DNA of 62,000 nt, from positions 38,274,001-38,336,000 of the forward strand of contig OX597823.1 of assembly GCA_951406725.2 (NCBI GenBank). The letters are read 5' to 3'. Source of the DNA: Octopus vulgaris (lineage: Eukaryota). Of this stretch, positions 1 to 12,720 are shown piece after piece. A program made the translations under genes and the position numbers. Below the pieces are notes generated by a model. That model was not told the origin of the DNA, made no database searches, and was given only the letters and a program-made list of their open reading frames with translations. How positions within the stretch are numbered: the stretch's first letter is position 1; each line of letters begins with the position of its first letter.

Positions 1-639
1 GCCAAACTGATTTACAAAATGCATTGGGTACTTTTCTCACGGCATCATAATTAGTGAAGTTATTTGACTAAAGGGCCTGATGGGGCTTCTGCAAGAAAAG
101 AACAGTAGCAGAGAGAGTGAGAAAGAGAGAGAGAGAGATGATTTTAGACAAGGTAATGAGCGAGTGTGAAGTATTATGAGAGGAATAGTTTTATAGTTGT
201 GAGAAGGCGGTAGTAGGGAGATTAATAGAGTAGACACTGTTAGGGGGGGATTATGAGTGGGACTCAGGAAAAGGAAGGGATTGGTGTTGGCAGTTAGTGA
301 GAAAGGGAGGGACAGAATGATAAAGGTTGTGTAGAGGATATTCCTAGTTATTCCACATTACAAGGGGTAAGATGTGAGTGAAAGAGAACATGAAAGAGAG
401 AAAATACCCGAGGATGATGAGAATCCAGAAAGGGTCATTGAAGAGGTGTGAGGGTCATGAGGGTAGATCAGAGAGATGAGAGGATGTTGAGATATTGGAG
501 AAGCAGTGGAGTAAAGCAGTAAGAGAGAAAGAGACAGTCAGAGAAAAGAAATGGTAGATGGCAGTGGATGAGTGAGCATCACAGGTGATGAGATGTGATA
601 TATGAATGATGGAGTGATGATTGAAGCAAGTGGGGGAGG

Positions 640-1150
640 GAAGGTGAGTACAGGTTGAGGAATGAAAATGGACAGATAAGAGATATGAAATGTAGAGTAA
701 TGACTGGAGTGAGTGAGTAGATGGATGGAGGAGGGAAGGTAGGCAGAGGTTGAGTGATGAAGATGAACAGATGAGAGATATGAATGATAGAGTGAAATGA
801 GTGAGGAGATGGATGGGGAGAGAAGATGAGCACAGGTTGAGCGATAAAGATGAACAGATAAGAAATATGAATGATAGAGTGATAACTGAAGTGTGTGAGG
901 AGATATATGGGGAAGGGAAGATGGGCATAGGTCAAGTGATGAAGATGGACAGATGAGAGATATAAAAGGTAGAGTGATGACTGAAGTGAGTGAGGAGATG
1001 ATGGGAAAAAGAAGGTAGAGGTCAAGTGAGGAAGATGGACAGATAAAAGATATGAATGGTAGAGTGATGACTGAAGTGAGTGAGGTTATGGATGGGAGAG
1101 AGAAGATAGGCACAGGTCAAATGATAAAGATGGACAGATGAGAAATATGA
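640..1150. repeat. Purine-rich degenerate minisatellite, about 6 units of roughly 90-95 bp
   Basis: Core AAGATG(G/A)ACAGAT(G/A)AGA(G/A)ATATGAAT recurs at about 666, 760, 847, 941, 1031 and 1126. It explains the Ser/Leu/Ile-rich minus-strand ORFs. Confidence 0.85.
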
Positions 1151-1590
1151 ATATATTTAGGAAATCTGAAAGTAAATTTAAAAGAAAAAAATATCGGACA
1201 CATGTTATTTACAGTATCAATTATTAACCCTGAATATGTCAATCATTCCTCTTCTCTTGTACAAGTTAAGAACCAGATTCTGAAGCCATTCATTTTCTGG
1301 TAAATGATTAGTTGTTCACTATATATATGTACCCCGACCACCTTCTCTTTCTCTTCCTTCTTTTCCTTCCCCACTTTTCCCTCTTCACCACCACCACAAC
1401 AACAAATATAAGTTCCCACCCCATTATTAAAATAATTGTCCTCTCCAAAATTCTCCTTGTCATGCCAGTGTGCATATGTATGTGTGTGTGTGTGTGTGTA
1501 TCTTGACCTATATATTTATGTATACATATGTGTATAAACATACAAACATATATAACATATATATATATATATATACATACATACATACAC

Positions 1591-1644
<54 letters not shown>

Positions 1645-2061
1645 GTGTGTATATATATACATACACACACGCAAATGTTTATGTATATATGTTTGCACAT
1701 ATACATCCGGATGCATGTATACAATACTTAGTATACTGGGAAGCAGACATAAAAAGATGATGTTGATGGGGATGCAGTACATGAAACTTCCTTCCCACAC
1801 ACACAAAAACACACACACATTCATATGCATGCTCACATACACATGTAATAAGATTGTGTATTCAGGTCAAGGAAATAAAGTCTAACAACAATTAATGACA
1901 AGAATTCATCGGTAAAAGTAATCACCCCCACCTTCCACTTTAAGAACGGAGAGTTACATATATAAAAACTGGTGATATCGTCTCATCAATGATTTTCTTC
2001 ACCCTCAAGATTACTTGACATGATAAAATGAAGTTAACCAGTAAATTTACTTTACTCTTAA

Positions 2062-2070
2062 ATCTCTGGG

Positions 2071-2110
<40 letters not shown>

Positions 2111-2168
2111 AACAAATACAACAACTACTACTACTACTACTACTACTACTACAAATACAACAACTACA

Positions 2169-2199
<31 letters not shown>

Positions 2200-2285
2200 T
2201 TACTGCTGCTGCTACTACTACTACTACTACTACAAATACAACAACAACAACAACAACTACAACTACTACTACTACTACAAATACA

Positions 2286-2320
<35 letters not shown>

Positions 2321-2323
2321 AAA

Positions 2324-2392
<69 letters not shown>

Positions 2393-2408
2393 CACTACTA
2401 CTACTACA

Positions 2409-2458
<50 letters not shown>

Positions 2459-2462
2459 AAAT

Positions 2463-2530
<68 letters not shown>

Positions 2531-2568
2531 AAATACAACAAATACTACTACTACTACTACTACTACTA
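2062..2568. repeat. Long interrupted (ACT)n trinucleotide microsatellite
   Basis: About 500 bp of CTA/ACT repeats with ACA/AAT interruptions; source of the poly-Thr, poly-Val and poly-Ser ORFs. Confidence 0.97.
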
Positions 2569-3821
2569 CATCCCATAAATAATGCTGTTTTTTTTATACT
2601 TCTTTTATTTTTCAAAATTAAGATAAAGTTATATTTAAATCTAAAATATACTCTCCTTCATTTTCTACAATGCTCTTCCATCTATCTGGTAGACTTGCAA
2701 GGCCCCCTCTTCTGAAATTCACTTGTCCATGATGAAAAGAACTTCTCCAGTACTGTTCTGACCTAATCTACAGAATTCATATTTTTGTCATACAAACGAT
2801 TTTAAAGACTGCAGAATAAATGATAATCAAATAGGGCAATGTCCGGCGAATATGGTTGGTGGGGTATAGTTTCTCATTCAAACTGCTCCAGCCTTTGGAA
2901 TGTCATCCTTACTGTACATGGCCAAGCATTATCCTGATAGAAGAATGTCTTTTGTCTTGAAACCAAAGATGGTTGTTTTTCTTCTAGTGCTGACTTAAGC
3001 TGCTCAAGCTTCTCACAATAGATTTCCTTTTTTGTAGTTTGGTTTGTGTTTAAAAGTTCAAAATGGACTAAACCTTTCACATCCCACCAAACAGAAAACA
3101 ACACCTTAGCCTGGGATGCCAGAGTTTCTCTTTTCCTACCCACTGTCTTCGGTGCTTGACATTTTTATAGAGAACCCATTTCTCATCACCAGTCACTAAT
3201 CAGTCCAAAAAAGGTTAATTTGTGAGATGTGACAGCAAAGAAGAGCACACATTCACTCTCTGCATGTGATTAGATTTGGAAAATTTGTAAGGAACTCACC
3301 CAATTTGCTGACTTTTCTGATGGCATGCAGGTATCGATGACTAGTTGAATGACCAAATCCAAGCTTCTTTGCTAGTTCCTCAACTATTATGAGGGGATTT
3401 TGTTCCACTAGGGTTTGCAGGATGAGCTTGTCAAGCTCTACAGGTCTTCCAGGGTAAGGCTTGTTTTCTAGGCTGTAGTCTCCAGCTCGGAATTTCTGGA
3501 ACCACCATTGACATTGGCTTTCACTTATTGTCCAATCCCCATATACCGCATTAATATTCCTCACACTTTCCATTGCATGGTTGCCTTTATTGAACTCATA
3601 AAGCAAAATATACCGAATATGCTCCTTTACCACTTCTATCGTATCTTTGAAAAAATAACTGTTAAAATCGAACTGCACTCTTCAAAACTTGCACTAAGAA
3701 TGAACACAAAGTAAAATTACTACTTACTTTTATAGGAAGTTGATGCAGGTAGTTTATCCCGTCCCTCTCCAACTTTTAGTTCATGCAATTGAAAAAAATG
3801 CATTATTTATGTGATGACTCA

Positions 3822-3822
<1 letters not shown>
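2569..3822 (-). mobile_element. Mariner transposon family A, near full length, disrupted transposase
   Basis: Frames give KEHIRYILLYEFNKG...WFQKFRAGDYSLENKPYPGRP and VLFSVWWDVKGLVHFELL...FFYQDNAWPCT. Left TIR TTGAGTCATCACATAAATAATG with TA at about 3800-3824; right TIR truncated by about 8 bp at the (ACT)n junction. Confidence 0.93.
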
Positions 3823-3863
<41 letters not shown>

Positions 3864-3894
3864 ATTTACATATGTATACATTTATATATGTATA

Positions 3895-4600
3895 GGCGCA
3901 GGAGTGGCTGTGTGGTAAGTAGCTTGTCTACCAACCACATGGTTCCGGGTTCAGTCCCACTGCGTGGCACCTTGGGCAAGTGTCTTCTACTATAGCCTTG
4001 GGCCGACCAAAGCCTTGTGAGTGGATTTGGTAGACGGAAACTGAAAGAAGCCCGTCGTATATATGTATGTATATATATGCGTGTGTGTGTTTGTCCCCTA
4101 GCATTGCTTGACAACCGATGCTGGTGTGTTTATGTCCCCGTTACTTAGCGGTTCGGCAAAAGAGACCGATAGAACAAGTACTGGACTTATTTAGCCCATT
4201 GATAAAACTAATACCCACACTTTCTCCCACATACCCACTCTTTCCCTCTCTTTTATTATTACCCCCACTCCCACTCCCACCATCAACACTACTACTTTAA
4301 ATAAAAGAAAGGGAGAGAAAGAAAGACAGAAATTTAGAGACAGTTGATGATGTTTTATTTAAAGTAGTAGTGTTGATGGTGGGAGTGGGAGTAATAATAA
4401 AAGAGAGAGAAAGAGTGGGTATGTGGGAGAAAGTGTGGGTATTAGTTTTATCAATGGGCTTAATAAGTCCAGTACTTATTCTATCGGTCTCTTTTGCCGA
4501 ACCGCTAAAGTATTTAATAAGTCCCGGGGTCGAGTTGCTCGATTAAAAACGGTGCTCCAGCAGTCAAATGACTGAAACAAGTAAAAGAGTAAAAGAGTAT
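3895..4600 (+). mobile_element. tRNA-derived SINE (octopus OK/OR-like family) interrupted by a palindromic insertion
   Basis: Head GGAGTGGCTGTGTGGTAAG...GGTTCAGTCCC, core CCTTGGGCAAGTGTCTTCTACTATAGCC, internal microsatellite, 3' end GACTGAAACAAGTAAAAGAG. The same family recurs at about 12315, 19020, 33830 and 37350. Confidence 0.88.
4144..4508. repeat. Near-perfect inverted repeat, arms about 160 bp, 46-bp spacer
   Basis: 4144-4306 is the reverse complement of 4353-4508 with few differences; 4304-4433 is also a direct copy of 5631-5764. Confidence 0.93.
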
Positions 4601-5865
4601 GTATGCATGTATATATGTATGGATAAATCAACTGAAAATTTACAAATCTGACTCAAGGGCTAATATTTTTGTGCATGACAATGGGAGAGACTTTAGATGT
4701 TTGAACAGGATCTTTGACTAATAGGTACAGGATAGCTGTGGGCTTCTGTACAGTTTCCATCTACCAAAATTTGCTCACAAGCCTCAAGTTCTCTCAATAA
4801 CTCTCTCCTTCTCACAATAAAACTTGATATAAGAATTGTTTAAATTATGCAGAAGCTCCCTGCCTGGGTTTGATAACATTGTTTTTGATAAAATAATGGA
4901 ATCTGCACAAACATCTACTTTTGTTCTTTATCAAACATACGAATCATAACACTTTAACAACAAGAATATTTTCTTATAACTTGGCACAATGCCAGTTTTG
5001 TAAGGGAATGGATTTAGCAGGGTAAGCTAATATCAGTTAGTTAATCAGTCTTAATTATATGCAGATTAATTCTTTTGAGAGTTGGATGTGAAAATGTGTA
5101 GCACCAAACTAGATGCTGTGTATTATGCGGTCTTTTATTGCTCACTTTTGTAATATGTTTGTGTGCGTATGACTGTGTGTATATCTATGTATGGATACAT
5201 ATATAGACACACATGGATACACACATACATCTCTCTCCCTCACCATTTCTCTTTGTAAGTGTGTGTGTGTGTTTGGTTCCAAAGAAGATATCATTGTGAG
5301 GGTTGTTCTCCTTATATTTTCTGTCAATCATTCAACCAATAGATAAAACTGAACCATGAACACACCATGAACACACCTAAATGTACATCTGAAACAGCTG
5401 TAAGCTTATAATAAATTAATGTATATAACCCATTATTTCTGTCTATTATATATCTAATATAATGAATGTGAAAACTAATTTCTATGTGTCAGTGTTTCAC
5501 ACTTAGACCCCCTCTCTCACTATTCAATGACATTCCTACTATTACTCATGATGGGGTGAGAGTAATAGTAGGTATAGAGACAGTGAGGGCAGTGGCGAAG
5601 ACACAGAGAGAGAGAGAGAGAAAGAAAGGAAAAGAAAGGGAGAGAAAGAAAGACAGAAATTTAGAGACAGTTGATGATGTTTTATTTAAAGTAGTAGTGT
5701 TGATGGTGGGAGTGGGAGTAATAATAAAAGAGAGAGAAAGAAAGAGTGGGTATGTGGGAGAAAGAGGGAGATGACGTACAACTTTGTTTAACCATGTCTC
5801 TTTGAAAGAAATCCTTGTTGCCAACATAATGATAACTATCATTTTTGTTTTATTTTTGCTTTCTT

Positions 5866-5906
<41 letters not shown>

Positions 5907-5944
5907 ATCATATAATATGATATGATATAATATCTTGTATAATA

Positions 5945-6510
5945 TCTTGTATTGTCACTGGACTGTGGCCATACTGGGGCACCACCTTCAAGGGTTAGTT
6001 GAACAAGTTGACCCTTGTACTTATTTTTAAGTATGTACTTATTCTTGAGTCTTTTTTGCTGAACTGCTTAGGTACAGGGATGTAAACAAACCAGTACCAG
6101 TTGTTAAGTGGTTGAGATACAAACACAAAGGCAAACACATCATCTCCCACTCTTCTTCTATCTCCTACTCTTCTTTTGCAGTCTTGTGAACTCATCCACT
6201 CACTTATCCTATCTAATCCATGGTTCTTATTCACGTATACACCTCCCTGAAATGTGAGTGCATCCCCTCCACCACCATATATCCACCATTTTCTCTCTCT
6301 CCTCTCTCTCTCTCTCTCTCTTCCAACTGCAGCAGCCATATATCTCTTCTTCTGCAAGACACCTATATCTGTCCCTCTGTCCATACCAAACTCATTCACA
6401 AGACATTGGTTGGACCAGGTCTAGAGTGAAAACACTTGCTCAAGGTACCATGCAGTGGGACTGATCCCGAAATCACATGGTTACAAGGTGAGCTCCTTAG
6501 CCACGTAGAC
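5945..6510 (-). mobile_element. SINE of the same family as 3895, reverse orientation, with internal (CT)n
   Basis: Reverse complement of the head at about 6400-6510 and of the tail at about 5945-6130. Confidence 0.75.
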
Positions 6511-6556
6511 ATGTATGCACCACACACACACACACATACACATGTGCGCGCACATG

Positions 6557-6587
<31 letters not shown>

Positions 6588-7645
6588 ATATACATATATA
6601 AATATGTAAAAGACTTGTTGCTTGCAATAAATCAAGTTATAGTAATTTCTTCAGTTTCTTTTTGTTGTTTTTTTTTTTCTCTATACTCCATTTGGCATTT
6701 TGTCAATAGTTATATTTCAAAACCACAGGCAAGCTGTTATTCATAGTCAGGCAACAGGTATTTCATGCAAAATATTCCACATGAATGTTTCGTTGCCAGC
6801 TCAATGTTTTACTACTTAGATAATGGAAACTATTGACCATTCTTGTTTTGTTTGTATTATGTTTATATATAATTGATTTGTGACACATTAACATTGCGTC
6901 CAATGCAGAAAATCAGCAGCTAAACTGTTGTTGTTTCAAATCCTTTGTTTTCTTGTTTGTTTTCTTATAGTTCTAGAATTACTAGTTGCTGTTTATCATT
7001 GTATCTTTGTTATCATCATTTCTATTTTCTCATGTCCTGACTTCCATAGGGGTGAATGTTATGGAAATCCCACCCTCTTAACGCCCTGATAATGATGTCT
7101 GTTCATGCTGTGTATCCTTCCAAAGAGATTCCAGTTCTAAGTATACAAAATTGCATTCTTTTATTCTTTAACTGGCTTCAGTAATTCAACTGTAGCCATG
7201 CTCAAGTACCACATTCAAGGGATTTATTGATGATATTGACCTCAGTACTTGTTTCAGTCTTATTTGATTGATCTCTGTTTATTAAATTGTTAAGTTGTAG
7301 GACAAAAGGGACATGATATTAGTAACATACATACATACATACATACATACATACATACATACATACATACATACATACACACACACATACATACATACAT
7401 ACATACATACATACATACATAATTATGTGTGGGTCTGTGTTTACTTGTACACATACACAAATATATGCACATATGTACATACATACATATATATATATCT
7501 ATACACACATATATGTACACACACACACACAAAAACTCTGACTGACAGACAGACACACACACATACACATTTCTATACAGAGGCAATTATGAGGATAAAC
7601 AAATGAAATAAACAACTTGGGTTTGATATACAAAATATATATATA

Positions 7646-8949
7646 CGAAGTGGTATCAAAAAGTTCCCAGACTAGTTCTGTATATATACATAACCTGTGG
7701 AAGAGGGAGATCCAGGAAGACATGGGATGAGGTGGTGAAGTATAATCTTCGAACGTTGGGCTTCACAGAGGTAATGACAAGAGACCAAAACCTCTGGAGA
7801 TATACTGTGATTGAAAAGACTCAGCAAGTAAGGCAAGATGAGAGCTGCAGCCTACACCAGCGTTGCATAACCAGCTCATTCAAAAAGTACCTTTGAATTT
7901 TTGGGTGACACGCTGTGCTTGAGGAGACCTATTGAGTCAAGTAAAATCAAAATCACAATCAGAATCTCAATCAAATCAAAATCGGAATGAAAATTGTAGT
8001 TGTGGCTGATGCCAGTACCACCTGACTGGCTTCTGTGCCTGTGGCACGTAAAAAGCACCCATTACTCTCTTGGAGTGGTTGGTGTTAGGAAGGGCATCCA
8101 GCTGTAGAAACCTTGCCAGATCAGATTGGAGCCTGCCCCCAGTCAAACTGTGCGACCCATGCCAGCATGGGAAACAGGTGTTAAACGATGATGATGGTGA
8201 TGATATAAGTATGTATTCATCACCTTATACATGAGGATTCTTGGAGTGATGACCCATCCTTCATGTTGAGGATCATCATCGGTGACAAGAGTTGGGTCTA
8301 TGGGTATGACCCTGAGATGAAGCAGCAGTCATCACAATGGAAAAGGCTTTCATCTCCATGACTGAAGAAGGCACTACAGAGCTGCAGCTCAATCAAGAGC
8401 ATGTTCATTGTTTTTTCGATACCCACAATATTGCACATCAAGAATTCATCCCCCAGGGCCAGGCCATCAATCAAGAGTTCTACTGCTATGTTTTGAAGCA
8501 TTAGAGGGAGGACATTCAACAAAAGTGACTGGATCTGTGGAACACAAAGAATTGGATTCTTCATGATGACAATACACCCTCTCACTGAGCTCTCCTCACT
8601 CATTAATTTCTTGCCAAAAATGTGAGCTTCTCACCAAAAACAACAAAATCACTTCAATGCCAGCCCTATTCACCAGATTTTGCACCTGTAGACTTCCATC
8701 TCTTACCCAAGATGAAAAGGTAGCTCAAAGGTCACCGTTTTAGCACCATTGCTGAGCAAATCACAGAAGGTCCTTGACCCACCTACGAAAAATGGCTTCC
8801 TATCTAGATTCCAAAAGTGCCAGTAATACTGGGACTGGCGTATTGCTGAGCAAGGTGACTATTTCAAAGGAGATGATGTTAAAACTCAGGTAAATAAGTT
8901 ATTTTTTATTAAACATAACTAACCTGGGAACTTTTTGATACCACCTATG
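7646..8949 (+). mobile_element. Mariner transposon family B, internally deleted, carrying a LINE insertion
   Basis: TIRs CGAAGTGGTATCAAAAAGTTCCCAG (7646) and CTGGGAACTTTTTGATACCACC (about 8925-8949) with flanking TA. Transposase remnant IIIGDKSWVYGYDPEMKQQSSQW...WILHDDN...QPYSPDFAP at about 8240-8880. Confidence 0.9.
7695..8215 (+). mobile_element. RTE-type LINE 3' end nested in mariner family B
   Basis: Matches the RTE 3' region at 57720-58310 (GGAAGACATGGGATGAGGTGGT...GGAAGGGCATCCAGCTGTAGAAAC...TTAAACGATGATGAT). Confidence 0.85.
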
Positions 8950-9020
8950 TATACATGTAAACAGAAAGAAATCAAAGACCGAAGCTTTTCAGTTGATGAA
9001 TATTTAAGTATAGCTATATA

Positions 9021-9901
9021 TTGAGTCATCCCATAAATAATGTAGCTGTTTATCAATTGCATGAACTAAAAGTCAGAGGTGGGACAAGATAAACTACCTG
9101 CATCAACTCGCTATGAAGTGTCTATTCTTAGTGCATGTTTGGAAGAGTGCAGTTCGATTTTAACACTTATTTTTTCAAAGCAATAGTGGAAGTGACAAAG
9201 GAACATATTCAGCATATTTTGCTTTATGAATTCAATAAAGGCAACAATGTAATGGAAAATGCAAGGAATATTAATGCAGTATGTGAGGATTGGAAAATAA
9301 GTGTAAGCCAGTGTCAATGGTGGTTCCAGAAATTCTGAGCCAGAAAGTAGAAGATGAGCCATGTCCTGGAAGATCTGTAGAGCTCATCCTGCAAATCCTG
9401 GTGGAACAAGATTCCATTGTAACTGTTGAGTAACTAGCAGAAAAGCTTGGATTTGGTCATTCAACCAGTCATTTAAGTCAGCACTAGAAGAAAAACAACC
9501 ATCTTTGGTTTCAAGATGAAAGGTGTTCTTCCATCAGAATAATGCCTGGCCACATATAGTGAGGATGACTTTCCAAAGGCTGGAGCAGTTTGAATGGGAA
9601 ATGATGCCCTGCCCATCATATTCACTGGATATTACTACATCTGATTATCATTTATTCTTCAGTCTTCAAAATCATTTGGACGGAAAAAGTATGAACTCTG
9701 TACACAAGGTTAGAACAGTACTGGAGAAGTATTTTTTGTCACGGACAAGGGAATTTCGGAAGAGGGGCCTTGCAAGTCTACTAGATAGATGGAAGGGCAT
9801 TGTAGAAAATGAAGGAGTGTATATTTTGGATTAAAAAATAACTTTGTTTATCTTAATTTTGAAAAATAAAAGTATAAAAAAAACGGCATTATTTATGGGA
9901 T

Positions 9902-9902
<1 letters not shown>
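9021..9902 (+). mobile_element. Mariner family A, second copy, internally deleted
   Basis: TA followed by TTGAGTCATCCCATAAATAATG; frames KEHIQHILLYEFNKG and FFHQNNAWPH...PSYSLDITTSDYHLFFSLQNHL. About 430 bp missing relative to 2569-3822; right TIR truncated at the same base as in the first copy. Confidence 0.92.
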
Positions 9903-9945
<43 letters not shown>

Positions 9946-10305
9946 TCAGAGATTTAAGAGTAAAGTAAATTTACTGTTTAAATTCATTTTATCATGTCAA
10001 GTAATATTGAGGATGAGGAAAATCTTTGACGAGATGAAATCACCAGGTTTTATATGTAACTCTCCGTTCTTATAGGGGAGGTGGGGGTGATCACTTTTAC
10101 CAATGAATTCTTGTCATTAATTGTTGTTAGACTTTATTTCCTTGACCTGAATACACAATTTTATTACATGTGTATGTGTGCATGCATATGAATGTGTGTA
10201 TGTTTATTATTATGTCTGCTTACAAGTATACCAAGTATTGTATACATGCATACATATGAATATATACATACATATATACATAAACATTTGTGTGTGTGTA
10301 TACAC
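9903..10305. repeat. (TAG)n plus non-transposon flank duplicated in inverted orientation from 1655-2062
   Basis: Reverse complement aligns to about 1655-2062 at roughly 90% by eye, for example TATTCAGGTCAAGGAAATAAAGTCTAACAACAATTAATGACAAGAATTC. Confidence 0.9.
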
Positions 10306-10700
10306 AGACATGCAGGAAGTAAATAAACATCTTTAATTTTCAAAATTTCTGATCTAAGCATCTTAATATGTTTTCAGAGGCATAGAATTTACAATGTAAT
10401 TATTCTTTTTCATTCCAGGTGCCATTATATTAAACATTTGCGAAGAGTAACCATGCCATGCACAAAAAAATTCAGCAGAACTGTCAGATTTTGAAAGAGG
10501 TCATATTGTTGGGCAGTATGAGGCTGGTCTTAGCCAGCAAAAAATTGCCGAAAATCTTCAAAGTAAAAGAATCAACAGTTTCTCGTCCTGGCTGACCTGG
10601 GCCCTCAGAAAGGAAGCTTCGCTGTTTGAAGAGAATTGTGGAAAACAAACCCCGTTTGAAGGTTTATGACATTGCAAAACAGCTAGAAGTTAGCCACCGC
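10306..10700 (+). mobile_element. Tc1-like transposon 5' fragment
   Basis: [35 protein letters not shown] (paired-like HTH); 5' end resembles the TIR of the 42157-43350 element. Confidence 0.75.
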
Positions 10701-10749
10701 TGCACCCATATCTAAATATATGTCTTATATATGTTTGTATATTTATGTG

Positions 10750-10805
<56 letters not shown>

Positions 10806-10821
10806 TATAGGTCATTATATA

Positions 10822-12069
10822 CTGGGTTGGACAAAATAATGGAAACAAACGAATTTATTTTAATATGGGATAGGACTGCCTTTGGCAGTAATTACAGCTT
10901 GAATTCTATGAGGTATGACTTGTACAAAGTTTGAATTGTTTCCAAAGGAATTTTTGTCCATTCTTTAGCTAGAACAGTCTCCAATTCTTGTAGTGATGAT
11001 GATGGAGGATATCGACTCTTTACTTGTTTTTCTATATTGCACCATAAATGTTCAATAATATTGAGATCTGGGAACTGTGGTAGCCAGATAAGATGTTCAA
11101 CTTCACTAGAATGTTCCTCATGCCATTCAGTAACAACTTAAGCTGTGTGAATTAGTGAATTATCATCCTGAAAGATTGCATTTCCCTCCGGAAACAGTTC
11201 TACAACCATAGGATGAATTTGATCAGATAAAATGCTTAAATAGTCCTAACTATTAATTCTGCCACTGGGCCAGCGGATTTATAAGATATAGATACCCCAC
11301 CCGGTCATCACAGATCCTCCTCCATGTTTAACAGTTGGAAGAAGGCTGTGTGGGTCAAATGCTTCTTTTGGCTGTCTCCTCACGTATACTCAACTGGTGG
11401 TCAGAAATAAGGTAAAGGATGATTTATCCAAGAAAATAACATTCTTCCACTGCTCTAGGGACCAATTCTGTAGGTTCTTACTCCAGTCTAAATGCTTTGC
11501 AATGTTTGTTTTTGAAAGTAGTGGTTTTGTGATTGTAGCCCTCCTGTGAAATCCAGCTTTGTGCAGCTATCAGCAAACAGTTTTTGTGGAAACTGGGTTC
11601 TCATGCTGGTCATTAAGCTTTGCAGTAATTTTGGGAGCTGTACTTTTGTGATCCTTTCTAACAATTAGCGTAATGATCTGACGTTTCCTATCTAAAAGTT
11701 TTGGTTTTCTTCTGGAGTTTTGTTTCAACGATGAGGCGTTTCCCTCTTTCTCAAAGGCTGTCATTACTTTTGAGACAGTACTTCTTGATACACCAAACAT
11801 TTCGGCTATTTTCGTTATACTAGTGCCTGCCATATGAGCACCAACAATTTGACCTCTTTGAAAGTCCAATAGAACTGTCATTTTAAAGAATTTTAATCAC
11901 CTTTTTCTGATGATATCTGAAAGGAAACAGCAATTTTAACAACACTTATTAAGCAACACTAATAATAAATCAAAAATATAAAAATAAACAAGCTTTTGAC
12001 AGTTTTATAGATACTTTAAAATTATGATGCTATGATGCTAGGTGTTTCTATTATTTTGTTTAACTCCTG
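10822..12069 (-). mobile_element. Tc1-like transposon, full length, disrupted
   Basis: TIRs CTGGGTTGGACAAAATAATGGAAACA and TGTTTCTATTATTTTGTTTAACTCCTG, both TA-flanked. ORF 11570-11881 LLDFQRGQIVGAHMAGTSITKIAEMFGVSRSTVSKV is a Tc1 N-terminus. Confidence 0.92.
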
Positions 12070-12314
12070 TATATATGCACACACACATATATGGACACAT
12101 TTACACCCAGGCATGATGATGAGAAGTATAAAAAAAACATATTATAGATATTTATATATTAATAGATCAAACTTACACAGAGTACAAACAGAAAAATATA
12201 GGGTAGGAGATAAGGTGTTACAGGTCCTAAAGAGTTTGTGGAGGGCTTTCTTGGTGCGTTCAACAGAACGTCGAGATAGACCAGTGGCTATCATCCCTTT
12301 AGAGCCCTCCAGAG

Positions 12315-12720
12315 AGGCATGGCTGTATAGTTAAGATGGTTGTTTTCCAACCATATGGTTTTGAATTCAGTCCCATTGTGGGGCAACTTGAGGAAGTGTC
12401 TTCTACTATAGCCCTGGGCGAATTAAAGCCTTGTGCATGGTTTTGGTAGGTGGAAACTTAAGGAAGCCTGTCATATGTATATATATCTATGTGTGTGTGT
12501 CTGTATTCGCCCCCCCCCCCTCATCACCACTTGACAACTGGTGTTGGTGTGTTTATGTCCCCAAAACTTAGCAGTTCAGCAAAAGAGACCAATAGAATAA
12601 GTACCAGGCTTAAAAAAAAATAAGTACTGGTGTTGATTCATTTGACTGAAAATTCAAGGCAGTGCCCCAGCATGGCCACAGTCTAATGACTGAAACAGGT
12701 AAAAGATAAAAGATAAAAGA
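12315..12720 (+). mobile_element. SINE (3895 family), diverged
   Basis: Degenerate head, core, microsatellite and GACTGAAACAGGTAAAAGATAAAAG tail. Confidence 0.8.

Noticed and set aside
41-1296. Minus-strand exon candidates 41-88 (SPIRPFSQITSLIMMP) and 1229-1296 (NEWLQNLVLNLYKRRGMIDIFR)
   Set aside because: Plausible splice signals and open frames, but short, unrecognised, and expected by chance in 62 kb; needs RNA evidence.
2028-2615. Long poly-Thr, poly-Val and poly-Ser ORFs (mucin-like)
   Set aside because: Pure translation of the (ACT)n microsatellite; the paralogous locus has only about 42 bp of it.
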